DNA of 64,000 nucleotides from positions 927 through 64,926 of the forward strand of contig JBBRWS010000006.1 of the NCBI GenBank assembly GCA_038249055.1. The letters run 5' to 3'. Below, piece after piece: positions 37,206 to 47,188 of the stretch (within the stretch, counting starts at the first letter, position 1; each line of letters begins with the position of its first letter). This DNA comes from Minisyncoccia bacterium. Lineage in GTDB: Bacteria; Patescibacteriota; Minisyncoccia; Phycocordibacterales; UBA9973. Below the pieces are notes generated by a model. That model ran no database searches and was not told the DNA's origin. It saw only the letters and a list, made by a program, of their open reading frames with translations. The position numbers and the translations under genes were made by a program.

Positions 37206-37636
37206 GTAATAAATAAAATTGGAGAGTATTATTAACAAAAATCAACCTTCAAATTGAAAGTAAAGAAATAGAAACTTCCCCAGAAGCTTTTATTTAAATT
37301 TTGATTTTTGTTAATATCTAACATATTTATATAATTACATTTTTATATTTTTAAGTCAATAAACAAATATGACTATGCCAAGAAAAAATAAACTTATTGA
37401 CTCGAGCGCTTTAATATGTTAAGGTATTCAAGAATTATTAATTTAAATTTGTACATATGCCATTTACACATGAGTGGGTCGTTGTGGAAGCACCCAAAAA
37501 AGAAGACGTTTTAAATAATGAAGAACAACACGTATTTTTACCTGGTGTCCCCATGAATTAAAATTATCCACTACAATTAAAAAACCCTTCAATCGAAAGT
37601 TTGAAGGGTTTTTCTTTTTTTACTATATATAATTTA

Positions 37637-38149
37637 TTATTCAACTGTTAGAGTTCCCTTCATCCCCATCTGACGATGCTGACCAACAGAACAATAATAT
37701 TCAAAGGTTCCTGTTTTACTAGCAACAAAAGAAATAGTCTCTTCTTGTCCGGCATTTAAAATTTTTGTTCTTACATCATATCCCTCTACAACTAAATCAT
37801 GAGTACCCTCAACATTTTTAAATAAAATATTAACAGTATCTCCTTCTTTAACTTTAAATACATTTGGAGTAAAAGAAAAATTACCACCACTTATTGTAAT
37901 AGAAGCCACTTTAGATACAGAATTTACTGGATTAGTTTTATTTTTTATTAAATTTCCAGTGTTCGCCATATCTTCAGGAGATTGAGTTTCATTTTCCCCT
38001 ATTATACCTCTTGTCTCTCCTAGGTTTGAATCATCTACTATTATTGGTTCATTTATTTTTACTTCATCGACTTTTGAATTTTTACTCAATAAAACACCTG
38101 CAACAATAATTAAAATAACAACACCCCCAATAATTAACGTTTTTTTCAT
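37637..38149 (-). CDS. Membrane-anchored cupredoxin (type 1 copper protein, plastocyanin/azurin-like)
   Basis: N-terminal TM. C-terminal copper ligands HDLVV...YYCSVGQHRQMGMKG (His, Cys-x2-His-x2-Met). Confidence 0.7.
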   Translation of the reverse strand: MKKTLIIGGVVILIIVAGVLLSKNSKVDEVKINEPIIVDDSNLGETRGIIGENETQSPEDMANTGNLIKNKTNPVNSVSKVASITISGGNFSFTPNVFKVKEGDTVNILFKNVEGTHDLVVEGYDVRTKILNAGQEETISFVASKTGTFEYYCSVGQHRQMGMKGTLTVE

Positions 38150-38359
38150 TTGATTTTATTATGCAGAAGGTTGTCGAGTAATCTTAGTTAGCAACAATTC
38201 ATCTGCTTAAATTATTAATAATATTTTTATAAAGCACGTTCAAACATAAAAACAATGGAGACAGTAAGCCTATTATTTATATCATTTTTCAAAATTAAAT
38301 GTCAATCACTAAAAATAATTTCTAGTATTATATGTTAAAAACTGTTAAAATATAAACAC

Positions 38360-38797
38360 ATGTCTAATCCACAACCAAACGAGAATATACCTGTTAAAAA
38401 AATCCATATACTTATGATTGATGACGACCCAGAAATGAGACGTCTTTTTGGTGGGTGGCTAACGATTCTAGGATATGAAATTATTTATGCTTCTGATGGC
38501 AACGAGGGTCGTGAGACAGCTCGACGTCTTCAACCAGATTTAATCCTAATGGATGAAAGAATGCCTGTTATGGATGGCATCGAATCCGCAACAAGAATGA
38601 AATCAGAAGATCCAACAAAAAATATTCCAATAATACTTTTTACTAATGAAGATTTTTCTTTAGAAGCTGAAAAAATGGTAAAAGATATAGGTATAGATGC
38701 TTATGTTCATAAATCATCTGATTTTAGTGTTATTAAAAAAATTATTAAAGATATTTTAGAGAAAAAAGGAATATCTGTTACCCCTCCAAATAAATAA
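38360..38797 (+). CDS. Single-domain response regulator receiver (CheY-like)
   Basis: IHILMIDDDPEMR...DLILMDERMPVMDG...K. No output domain. Confidence 0.8.
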   Translation: MSNPQPNENIPVKKIHILMIDDDPEMRRLFGGWLTILGYEIIYASDGNEGRETARRLQPDLILMDERMPVMDGIESATRMKSEDPTKNIPIILFTNEDFSLEAEKMVKDIGIDAYVHKSSDFSVIKKIIKDILEKKGISVTPPNK

Positions 38798-38809
38798 AAC
38801 TATTAATAA

Positions 38810-38862
38810 TAAAAAATAGAGGTTGTACGTCTATGGAAGACGTCCAACCTCTATTTTTTTAT
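38810..38862. terminator. Bidirectional terminator formed by a GAGGTTG(G/T)AC-family palindromic element
   Basis: aaaaaatagaggttgtacgtcta-tggaa-gacgtccaacctctattttttt, between convergent genes. Confidence 0.8.
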
Positions 38863-38872
38863 TATTTTATAT

Positions 38873-39850
38873 TTATTCCCATTCAAATTTTCTTCCAAAA
38901 TGTCCCCACGTGCAAGTATCAGAAAATTTAACAACATCCAATTTCAAGTGATTATGTATCCCCTTTGGAGTTAAATCGTAATCAGTTATTTCTACTTCTT
39001 TTCCATCTATTACAGCCACAGCCATTACTGGCTCACTCTTACCTATTGCATAAGCAAGCTTTGTATATACTTCTTTCGCATTATGCTTCTTTAGTAAGTC
39101 CACAGCTATTTTACGAGCCATATAAGCACCAGAGCGATCTACTTTTGTATAATCCTTACCAGAGAAAGAACCTCCTCCAATTGTAATCTCTGGTCCATAG
39201 TTATCTACTATCAATTTTCTTCCAGAAAGTCCTGTGTCTGCATCAAATCCACCTTGATTCCATTCTCCCGCAGGATTTATAAGATATTCTTCTGATTCAA
39301 TAATATTTTTTACAAGTTCTAAAAGTTTATCGTTTTTAGTATTTTGAAAACTAGCTACGACTGTAGTAACGACACCATTATCTACTGTCACTTGAGTCTT
39401 TCCATCATAAGGATATACTTCAAATATTTTCTGACATAAATTTCGGGCAAGATTATATTCGAGAGGTAAATATGTATCAGTCTCACTTGTAGCATAACCT
39501 TTCATTATTCCTTGGTCTCCCGCTCCACCCGTATCAACTCCTTGTGCTATTTCTGGACTTTGTAAAACTATATTCGACAAAATTTTAAAATCTTTACCTA
39601 CTATTTTTTTTATAATAGCTTCTATGTCTGGATTTGATTTTGAAGTAACTTCTCCATTGATGGCTACCAGATTATGCCCACCCATTACTTCTATAGCACA
39701 ACGACTATTCTTATCTCCTTCTAAATATGCATCTAAAATACTATCCGCAATAAAATCACATATTTTATCTGGGTGCATTGGACTCACAAACTCTGCAGTT
39801 TTTTTACTCATGCTTGATTTATAAGGAAGAATGACTATATAAATCGGCAT
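38873..39850 (-). CDS. metK: S-adenosylmethionine synthetase (short form)
   Basis: Near the N-terminus: FVSPMHPDKICDFIADSILDAYL (the GHPDK motif). Also GGGAFSGKD. The likely start is the internal ATG (MSKKTAEF..., about 39811). Total length is about 312-325 aa. Confidence 0.8.
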   Translation of the reverse strand: MPIYIVILPYKSSMSKKTAEFVSPMHPDKICDFIADSILDAYLEGDKNSRCAIEVMGGHNLVAINGEVTSKSNPDIEAIIKKIVGKDFKILSNIVLQSPEIAQGVDTGGAGDQGIMKGYATSETDTYLPLEYNLARNLCQKIFEVYPYDGKTQVTVDNGVVTTVVASFQNTKNDKLLELVKNIIESEEYLINPAGEWNQGGFDADTGLSGRKLIVDNYGPEITIGGGSFSGKDYTKVDRSGAYMARKIAVDLLKKHNAKEVYTKLAYAIGKSEPVMAVAVIDGKEVEITDYDLTPKGIHNHLKLDVVKFSDTCTWGHFGRKFEWE

Positions 39851-40165
39851 CCTGTTAAATAAGATTTAACAGGGTTGATTAAAATATAATACGCTTCGCT
39901 CCTTTATTTTAATTAAAAAATTCCTCATAATGAGGAAAGATATAGATGACTAGTCTTATCTTTCCATAATAATACACTTGCATTATTTGGCTGGATTTAG
40001 CACCTTGCTTTCGCGGGTTGCTGATGGGTCATTGAGCCAGTTGCTCTCGCCATACTCTTGATAACTAACTATTTAGTTGTAATTTTATTATAGCATAATT
40101 TTATAAACAAAAATATTTCCATAAAAAAAATAACGAGGATATATCCTCGTTATTTTTTTATAATA

Positions 40166-40396
40166 TTAATTTTTCCATTTAACTTGAAATTCAAGTTCTT
40201 CTTCTTTTTTCCCTTTTTCATGTTCAATGTTTATAATCGCATCTTTGGGAACAGTTATTTTTCCACCTGCTACTTGAATAGAAAAACTTTTACCTGATTC
40301 TAGAGAGTCAGCTAAACGACGTAATTTTTTAATAAATTCTTTTTTAGAATAAACTTTTTCTATATCTCTTGTTTTAAATTTTTTTATCATATACAT
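40166..40396 (-). CDS. Amphi-Trp domain-like small protein
   Basis: 76 aa. The C-terminus is ...HEKGKKEEELEFQVKWKN, and SFSIQVAGGKITVPKDAIINIEHE resembles the amphi-Trp family layout. Confidence 0.4.
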   Translation of the reverse strand: MYMIKKFKTRDIEKVYSKKEFIKKLRRLADSLESGKSFSIQVAGGKITVPKDAIINIEHEKGKKEEELEFQVKWKN

Positions 40397-40426
40397 ATAT
40401 TACCATAAAATATTGGTAATTAATTT

Positions 40427-41503
40427 TTATAATATTTTATAGAATACCTTAATTATTAAATATAAAATATAATCAAACCATTTCATCTTATAAGTTTTTG
40501 TATCAAAAATCACAACATCTTTTGCCCATTTTTTTATAATTTCTGAAATTTTATGAATGGCAATAGGTTCATTAAAAAAAATACCAACTTCTGAGTTTAA
40601 TTCAAATGATAAATAGTCCAGATTATTAGAACCTACAATTGCCTCCTTGCTATCTATTACCATTATTTTTGCATGATTCATTTGAGGTTCTAGATAAAAA
40701 TTTATACCAAGTTTTGATAACTTATGCATATAAAAATGATTTACTCTATCAATAAAATAACTATCTGTATTTCTAGGCACCAAAATATCAACAGATACTC
40801 CTCTTAAGCTTGCCTGATGCAACGCTCCTATTAGCCAACGTTTTGGCATTAAATATGGAGTTACTATAGTGATACTTACTTTTGCATGAGACAAATGTTT
40901 TTTGTAAATCTTTTTTAAATTATATTTATTTTTAATTGGAGAATGCTCTACAAGCCAATCATGTAAAGTGTCTTTGAAAATTTTACTTTTATTATGAATA
41001 AGGATTAATGAGTCCTTTCCTCCACACTCAGCATAAACTTTAGCAAAAGATTTTACTATAAAAAAGACAAGCTGTCCCTTTACCTGAACCATCAAATCAT
41101 CCCAAAGAGATGCACTTTGGTGAAAATTTACTCCTCCAATAAATGCAATTTTTTCATCAACAATTAAAATTTTACGATGAGTTCTATGTAAAAAATAACT
41201 TTGAAAAATTAATTCTACCCCTGCTTCTTTGAGTCCAAAAATAACTTTATTACTTAAGCTATAACTTCCAAAGAAATCCAAAATAACTTTAACCCGGATT
41301 CCATTTTTAGCTTTTTCTTTCATTAATTCCAAGAAATTAAAGTCCACCATGTCATCCTGAAAAATATACATTTCAAGGTATATTGATTTCTTAGCAGAAA
41401 ACATTATGTCATACATTGCCTGCCAAGATTTCTGTGAATTCGCAAAAAATTTATAAGGCATAAAGATATTATACACTAAATATTTATTATTAACGGGCAT
41501 CAA
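40427..41503 (-). CDS. Phospholipase D family protein (cardiolipin synthase-like), two HKD motifs
   Basis: HKD1 is HRKILIVDEKIAFIGGVN, HKD2 is HAKIMVIDSKEAIVGSNNLD. Confidence 0.75.
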   Translation of the reverse strand: MMPVNNKYLVYNIFMPYKFFANSQKSWQAMYDIMFSAKKSIYLEMYIFQDDMVDFNFLELMKEKAKNGIRVKVILDFFGSYSLSNKVIFGLKEAGVELIFQSYFLHRTHRKILIVDEKIAFIGGVNFHQSASLWDDLMVQVKGQLVFFIVKSFAKVYAECGGKDSLILIHNKSKIFKDTLHDWLVEHSPIKNKYNLKKIYKKHLSHAKVSITIVTPYLMPKRWLIGALHQASLRGVSVDILVPRNTDSYFIDRVNHFYMHKLSKLGINFYLEPQMNHAKIMVIDSKEAIVGSNNLDYLSFELNSEVGIFFNEPIAIHKISEIIKKWAKDVVIFDTKTYKMKWFDYILYLIIKVFYKIL

Positions 41504-41587
41504 TGTTGAATAAATTTATTATTGACAAACATTAAATATTAATGAATAATCAGAGAAAATAGAAACTTAAAAAGGAAGGAGAGCTAG

Positions 41588-42283
41588 GTGAACAAACCTA
41601 AAATTGCACAGCCAGAGAAAGAAAAATTCGTACTTACACAAGACGATTTCTTGTTTCTCGAAAGAATGTTACTCAATATGGGGTACCGGGAAGAAACTAC
41701 AACTTACTCAAAAAGACTTTTTGAACGTCTCAATCTCATACCTCCAAGAGTAATCACGGGGAGAGAAGCGACTTATATTTATAAAAGTCGAGAAGTTGGC
41801 AACAACTACACAGTTATCATTCATACCACTTATTTGAAAGCATCAAAAAAATGGAGAGATACGAGTACTGACGTTGGATGGTGTCTGATTGTTGAAGGTG
41901 ATCAAGCAAAATATTTTGCAAAGCCATTTTCAAGAACAAAAGGATTCATACTTAAGTTTTTACGTTACGCTTGGGTTACTAAATGGAAAGTAGACCATCG
42001 TCCGCTATGCCCACAGTGCCAAGACTTTATGCACATTGTAAAAAAAGTAGAACCTCGAGGGTATTACTGGGCTTGTCGCAACAATGTACGGCACGACGAA
42101 AATAAGCCAGTTTTCTCACCTTGGGATTTTGGTCTCCCCTTTAAGGCTTCCAAGTTTGTAAGCATTCGGAGGGACTATACAAAAAGGTACAATGACAAAA
42201 ACAAAAAAGAAGGAAAAGTTCCTACTCCTGCTCGTAAAATAAGAAAGCCTTGGGAAATAAAAAAACCTGGAAATCTTAATTAG
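41588..42283 (+). CDS. Hypothetical protein with CxxC...CxxxxxH zinc-finger-like region and basic C-terminus
   Basis: 231 aa. CPQCQDF...YYWACRNNVRHDE. Confidence 0.35.
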   Translation: MNKPKIAQPEKEKFVLTQDDFLFLERMLLNMGYREETTTYSKRLFERLNLIPPRVITGREATYIYKSREVGNNYTVIIHTTYLKASKKWRDTSTDVGWCLIVEGDQAKYFAKPFSRTKGFILKFLRYAWVTKWKVDHRPLCPQCQDFMHIVKKVEPRGYYWACRNNVRHDENKPVFSPWDFGLPFKASKFVSIRRDYTKRYNDKNKKEGKVPTPARKIRKPWEIKKPGNLN

Positions 42284-42295
42284 CGAAATTACAAA

Positions 42296-42331
42296 ATGCG
42301 TGTCGTCACTAGTGACGACACGCGTTTTATT
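42296..42331. terminator. Rho-independent terminator (bidirectional)
   Basis: acgcgtgtcgtcactagtgacgacacgcgttttatt. Perfect 13-bp arms. Confidence 0.8.
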
Positions 42332-42361
42332 GTTTATGGATTCTTGCTATTCTATGATAAT

Positions 42362-43153
42362 TTAATATCTCCTAAAACTTCCTTGCGTGCGCAATACTGG
42401 CTTATAATATGAACTAAATGATTGTCTATTATTATTTTGAATTGAATTTGCTATATTTTTATTCGCATATATATTAGCAACATGTTCATCGACTGTTATA
42501 TTTATTGTCTGACAAGCATATGATAATTTCCCTATTGCAAACTGAACTTCATTTTCATTTAATTTTTCTTGATTGTATTTTTTAATGCATTCAATCAACT
42601 TATTGAGATAAACCACGTTTTCAATTGGTTCTGTTTTTATTTCAGCTTCCCCTGTGAATACAACAATATTATAAAAATTATCTTTAGCAAAAGGCATCAA
42701 ATCTTTCAGCGCCATCAAGTGCCCATAATTTTGATGAATAGGATTTTGAAATTTATATTTAATTGCCCCTGGCATTGATTGTGTCCATGTTGATTGATTT
42801 TTACTACCAAAAATCCACCCTTTTAAATCTTTACTTTCTAAAACAAAAATTCCAAATTTAGAAACAATTATATGATCAATTTGAGTTGACCCATTATTTT
42901 TAGAATTTATAATAATATTATTAAATATAAAATAATCAGTATAACTTAATTCAGCAGCAAGCAGATCTGCAACTTTTTGTTCTCCAGAATTTAAACCTTC
43001 CATATAGCATTTACATGCATGTTTATTTTTATTATTATATCTAATTTTTTGTAATTCGTATGGGAAACTTCTATCTTTAAACAGCCATTTAAAAAACTTT
43101 ATAATCAAATATATAATTATTACATCTAATATCAAATAAAATAATATATCCAT
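42362..43153 (-). CDS. NERD (nuclease-related domain) protein with N-terminal TM
   Basis: N-terminal hydrophobic helix. The NERD core is QIDHIIVSKFGIFVLESKDLKGWIFGSKNQSTW. Confidence 0.55.
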   Translation of the reverse strand: MDILFYLILDVIIIYLIIKFFKWLFKDRSFPYELQKIRYNNKNKHACKCYMEGLNSGEQKVADLLAAELSYTDYFIFNNIIINSKNNGSTQIDHIIVSKFGIFVLESKDLKGWIFGSKNQSTWTQSMPGAIKYKFQNPIHQNYGHLMALKDLMPFAKDNFYNIVVFTGEAEIKTEPIENVVYLNKLIECIKKYNQEKLNENEVQFAIGKLSYACQTINITVDEHVANIYANKNIANSIQNNNRQSFSSYYKPVLRTQGSFRRY

Positions 43154-43270
43154 AATTTAATATTTTTTCATTTGATTATTTATACTGTGTTTCATAATAA
43201 ATATTATAACATAAGTTTATCTCTTGTAGATATAGGCTTCACCTTTATCTACATACAATATTATTAATTT

Positions 43271-43507
43271 TCAAAAATTTAATAATCCTACTTCTTTTTT
43301 GCTAATTCTTTTTTCACAATTTAAACAAAAAAGTTGTTGCGATTCACAACTATCGTCGCCATAAAAATCTTCCCATTGTTTTGTATTTAACTCCAAAGAA
43401 TAATAATGCTTTTCTGTTTGAACAATGCCTACCTTCTCATTAGTATGTTTACAATTTTTGCAAGTATATTTTCTATTTTTCATATTTAATAAATATTGAG
43501 TTTTCAT
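43271..43507 (-). CDS. Small C4 zinc-ribbon protein
   Basis: 78 aa. CKNCKH...CLNCEKR. It overlaps the upstream gene end by 35 nt, which suggests translational coupling. Confidence 0.4.
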   Translation of the reverse strand: MKTQYLLNMKNRKYTCKNCKHTNEKVGIVQTEKHYYSLELNTKQWEDFYGDDSCESQQLFCLNCEKRISKKEVGLLNF

Positions 43508-43961
43508 AATTAGAAATACCTTTATATTTTTTTATTAAAAACAAACATTCTTCATAAGCATCTGCTTTTCCACCGATAAATTCATTTAACCCATATTCTT
43601 CAATTTTTTCACTTTTATACACATCCTCTTTCCATTTATTTCTATAATTAAAAGCTAATTTTTTTATGTGTTTTTCTAATGAATTATTAGTAATTTTTTG
43701 TATAAATCCTTGAGCCATTAATTTAAGAGTTTCTTTTTTTAAATTCTGCAAATTTTCCCAAAGTTCAAAAGTTTGGTATATTTCGTCACCATTAATCATT
43801 TTCCATTCGTCTGGTTCAATTTCTATAAAATCATCGTCTTCTGGTGTGTATTCTTTGCATACAACTAAAAATGGGAAATAAAAATTGGGATGTCTATATA
43901 AATATTTTAAAATTTGTATTGCTAGATCTCTTGATATTTTCATATAAAAAAATAAAATCAT
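43473..43961 (-). CDS. Hypothetical protein
   Basis: 162 aa ORF between the DpnI-like and Zn-ribbon genes. No family recognised. Confidence 0.4.
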   Translation of the reverse strand: MILFFYMKISRDLAIQILKYLYRHPNFYFPFLVVCKEYTPEDDDFIEIEPDEWKMINGDEIYQTFELWENLQNLKKETLKLMAQGFIQKITNNSLEKHIKKLAFNYRNKWKEDVYKSEKIEEYGLNEFIGGKADAYEECLFLIKKYKGISNYENSIFIKYEK

Positions 43962-44008
43962 TAACTTAATAATGATCTGATCATTGATCGAATTTGAATT
44001 AAAGTCAA

Positions 44009-44776
44009 CTACTTCAATTTATATTTACCTGCATCAATAAAATCAAGGTAATTTTTATCTCTTAAAAATTGTAATTGCTGACGAATTTTATCTTTAATGT
44101 GTTTATTTTCTGGATGAATGTTTTTTAATTCAGACTCAAACTTGTATATATCCGCTAATGTAAACTCTTTTTTATTTAAAGAATCAATACAATTCATAAT
44201 GTCTAAAATCCAACCCTTTGCATCTACTTTTTTAATTTTCTTTAAAAAAACTGTTTTTTGCCATTTTTCTAAAACCTCTTTTTTAGAAATCTCTTTACCA
44301 TTTTCAACATAAAAAACCTGTCCTGCTTTTGGTATTTTTGAAAAAATTATATTTGAACCAACCCAACCAGCTCTTCGAGCAGTTTTTTTTAATGGCTTCC
44401 TCTTTTCAATAATTTCTGGAATAAAAAAATGCTTAGGGATGATAAAAAAATCATTTACAAACAATGTTTCTAAATATCCCATAAAAAAGAAATTGGGTTT
44501 ATTTTTAGAACTTATTCTTTCAATCATTTTAGAATAAGCCCCAGCAGGTATAGTTTTTCTAATTTTTCCTTTTTTAGATTTCAATTCAAAATCTTCAATA
44601 CATTTTTTACAATAAAAATCAGCAACTGGCTTATTATTTTCGTATTCTTCAATATTAGTATTTCCACAATTTGGACAATATATTTGTTTTAAAACCCAAT
44701 TTTCACTTATAACTCTTATTTTTTGGGTTTCACTTAAATATCCAATCCCTAGTTTTTTATCTAAAGTTAAATTCAT
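44009..44776 (-). CDS. DpnI-like (Dam-replacing family) methyl-directed restriction endonuclease
   Basis: N-terminal YCPNCGN...PVADFYCKKCIEDFELKSKKGK and NPNFFF, RKPLKKTARRAGW, IRQQLQFLRDK. These strongly resemble DpnI-family proteins as I remember them (recalled, not searched). Confidence 0.6.
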   Translation of the reverse strand: MNLTLDKKLGIGYLSETQKIRVISENWVLKQIYCPNCGNTNIEEYENNKPVADFYCKKCIEDFELKSKKGKIRKTIPAGAYSKMIERISSKNKPNFFFMGYLETLFVNDFFIIPKHFFIPEIIEKRKPLKKTARRAGWVGSNIIFSKIPKAGQVFYVENGKEISKKEVLEKWQKTVFLKKIKKVDAKGWILDIMNCIDSLNKKEFTLADIYKFESELKNIHPENKHIKDKIRQQLQFLRDKNYLDFIDAGKYKLK

Positions 44777-44889
44777 ATATTTTTAAATAATTGTTCAAAC
44801 ATATAATAATCCAATTATACTATTTTTGCTCCATATTCTCAATAATATTTACAACTTTCAAAATATACCAAAAATGCTATTATACACAT

Positions 44890-45489
44890 ATGCTCTATAC
44901 ACAAAAAATTCAACATGCGATTCGGTTCGCTCTTAAAACTCACGAGGGATATCAAAAACAAAAGCGAAAAGGTAAAGATGTCCCCTATATTGTGCATCCT
45001 TTAACAGCCTCAATTATACTTGCATCTGCGGGAGCATCTGAGGATATAGTCATTGCTGGATTACTACATGACACTATTGAAGATAGTATTGAAGAAAAGA
45101 AGGTTACAAAAGAATTGATTGTGAGTAGATTTGGAGAAAATGTTTACAATTTAGTTTTAAGTGTAACTGAACAAGATAAATCTTTGTCATGGGAAGAAAG
45201 AAAAACTGAAGCAATGGAACATATCAAAACTTTTTCAAATGATTCCGTACTATTAAAATCTGCAGATATAATTGCAAACACTTCTGAAATTATTGATGAT
45301 TACAGCAAAAAAGGAGAAGAAGTATTTGAAAGATTTGGAGCCACAAGAGAAAGATTTTTAGAAATGAACATAAAAATAATAGAAACTATTATAAAAAAGT
45401 GGCCAGAAAATCCCCTAGCCGATAGCCTAAAAGATGTATTGGAAAAAATAAAAATAATTGCAAACAATAAAATAATAAATAATTTGTAA
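44890..45489 (+). CDS. Stand-alone (p)ppGpp hydrolase-type HD domain protein (small alarmone hydrolase-like)
   Basis: HEGYQKQKRKGKDVPYIVHPLTASIIL....IVIAGLLHDTIEDS matches the RelA/SpoT HD hydrolase motif. The start is placed at the internal ATG (MLYTQK). The track ORF 5' extension looks spurious. Confidence 0.65.
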   Translation: MLYTQKIQHAIRFALKTHEGYQKQKRKGKDVPYIVHPLTASIILASAGASEDIVIAGLLHDTIEDSIEEKKVTKELIVSRFGENVYNLVLSVTEQDKSLSWEERKTEAMEHIKTFSNDSVLLKSADIIANTSEIIDDYSKKGEEVFERFGATRERFLEMNIKIIETIIKKWPENPLADSLKDVLEKIKIIANNKIINNL

Positions 45490-45513
45490 TATAATTTTAT
45501 TGTTTGTACTGAT

Positions 45514-45548
45514 TCTAAAAAACAACAAATTTATTTGTTGTTTTTTAG
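45514..45548. terminator. Rho-independent terminator (bidirectional)
   Basis: ctaaaaaacaacaaatttatttgttgttttttag. Confidence 0.75.
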
Positions 45549-46043
45549 AATCCTTCCCCGTTTCGTCATTTATGACTCATCAGACAAAATGCACATTTTG
45601 TTACGGGAGCTACAAAAAAGAAAAAATTCTTTTTTGTAGCGTCTCAAATTAATAAATTATATATAATATTTATTAATATAATTAATTTTAGAATTACAAC
45701 CCGCAAAACCCTAGTAGTGTAATCGTACCGTTATCTAGGTTATGCTCATCAATGTATATCGGCTTGAAATGCGCTCGCCGCTTTCATCCACCTCGTGGAT
45801 TACTCATAAAATAGAAATTCTTTCTTAGAAAGAATCACGTATTTCAATATACTCTGCCCAAGTTATTATTGAACCATTATACTCAACTAAATCAGTATCA
45901 GGTCTTAGAATAACTTCAGCTTCTTTTAAATTTTCCATTTAAAAAAAATTGTTTTTTGACGCTGAAAGAATATACTTCTTTCAAGGTTTAAATTGTATCT
46001 GTAAAGATCAACTCATGTATAGTATACCACAAAAATTACTTAT

Positions 46044-46176
46044 TGACAAATGGTCATATAAATATAAAATTCTATTTACCATATTTTGTGCGAGATAGCG
46101 CACAAAATATGTTTTTATAAAATAATATAAAAAAGTATTTAATCATAAAAAACACCGTTAGGTGTTTTTTATGATT
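46044..46176 (+). ncRNA. Candidate small RNA unit: promoter (TTGACA-N16-TAAAAT), a 12-bp-stem 5' hairpin and a Rho-independent terminator
   Basis: ttgaca at 46044-46049 and a -10-like taaaat about 16 nt later. Perfect palindrome atattttgtgcg-agatag-cgcacaaaatat at 46081-46110. Terminator aaaaaacaccgttaggtgtttttt at 46149-46176. No ORF. Confidence 0.35.
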
Positions 46177-46207
46177 TTATTTAAATCGTGAATTTTTTTA
46201 ATAAATA

Positions 46208-47188
46208 TTATTCTTTCTCACAAAAATATATCGGACCATCTTCTAGCCCAAAATAATCTATTTTACTTTTATCTAAGGTAGAAATAAACATATCGGCTTT
46301 AACTTTAAACCCAGCCCCTCTTAATTTATCTGGAAAATCATTTCCGTATAATCTCACATGGTCAAATTGCCAAAAAGCTTTAGTCCTTTCCTCAGGGGAA
46401 ATTATAGAAAAATCTTCATAAGTCTGGGCTCGACTAGTATCAATAGGAACATCTATAATTGCAAAGCCTCCCTTTTTTAATACTCTATAAAGTTCTGACA
46501 TCGCATTTTTATCATTTTCAACGTGTTCTAAAACATGCGAACAGAAAATAATATCAAACGATGAGTCTGAGAATGAAAGATGTGTTATGTCTTCTACTCT
46601 CATTGCGTTATTTTTGTCTATATCAACACTTAAATAATCAATATTCTTATACGATTTAAACAGCTTTGTAATTAATGGTTCTGGTGCAAAATGTAGAACT
46701 TTAATTTGCTTATTTGTTGGAATTACTTTTTTAAGATATAAAAAGAATGATCTATGCCTGGGTTGAGAAAGACAATTTGGACAAGTTGAATTTACATATA
46801 TATGACCATACCCACAATCAAAATCAACAAATTTTTCCCCATACCATCCACATACATTACACTTTACTTTGTATAATTTTGGGAATAAAAAATGCATTAG
46901 AGACAACCAAAAGATATATATTTTTTTAAATAAATTTAAATGATATCTAAAAAAGAAACTTAGAGTTAACCCAAGTACCAAAATAAAAACTTGGACAATT
47001 GGTGGTAAGGCACAGTTTCCATAAAATACTACAATTGTCCCCTTACCTAACGCCCAATTTAAATAGCTTATCTCTATTAAAGAATGAATAATGAGAGCAA
47101 AAAAAAGACCTAAAAATAAATAAGATATCGCATATAATAATAATTTTGTTTTTCTTTTACTATTTTTAATTCTCTTGATTATATCCAT
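46208..47188 (-). CDS. Membrane-anchored class I SAM-dependent methyltransferase with zinc-ribbon
   Basis: N-terminal TMs, then CNVCGW...CPNC. Methyltransferase motifs VLHFAPEP...DIIFCSHVLEHV...LKKGGFAII. Confidence 0.6.
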   Translation of the reverse strand: MDIIKRIKNSKRKTKLLLYAISYLFLGLFFALIIHSLIEISYLNWALGKGTIVVFYGNCALPPIVQVFILVLGLTLSFFFRYHLNLFKKIYIFWLSLMHFLFPKLYKVKCNVCGWYGEKFVDFDCGYGHIYVNSTCPNCLSQPRHRSFFLYLKKVIPTNKQIKVLHFAPEPLITKLFKSYKNIDYLSVDIDKNNAMRVEDITHLSFSDSSFDIIFCSHVLEHVENDKNAMSELYRVLKKGGFAIIDVPIDTSRAQTYEDFSIISPEERTKAFWQFDHVRLYGNDFPDKLRGAGFKVKADMFISTLDKSKIDYFGLEDGPIYFCEKE

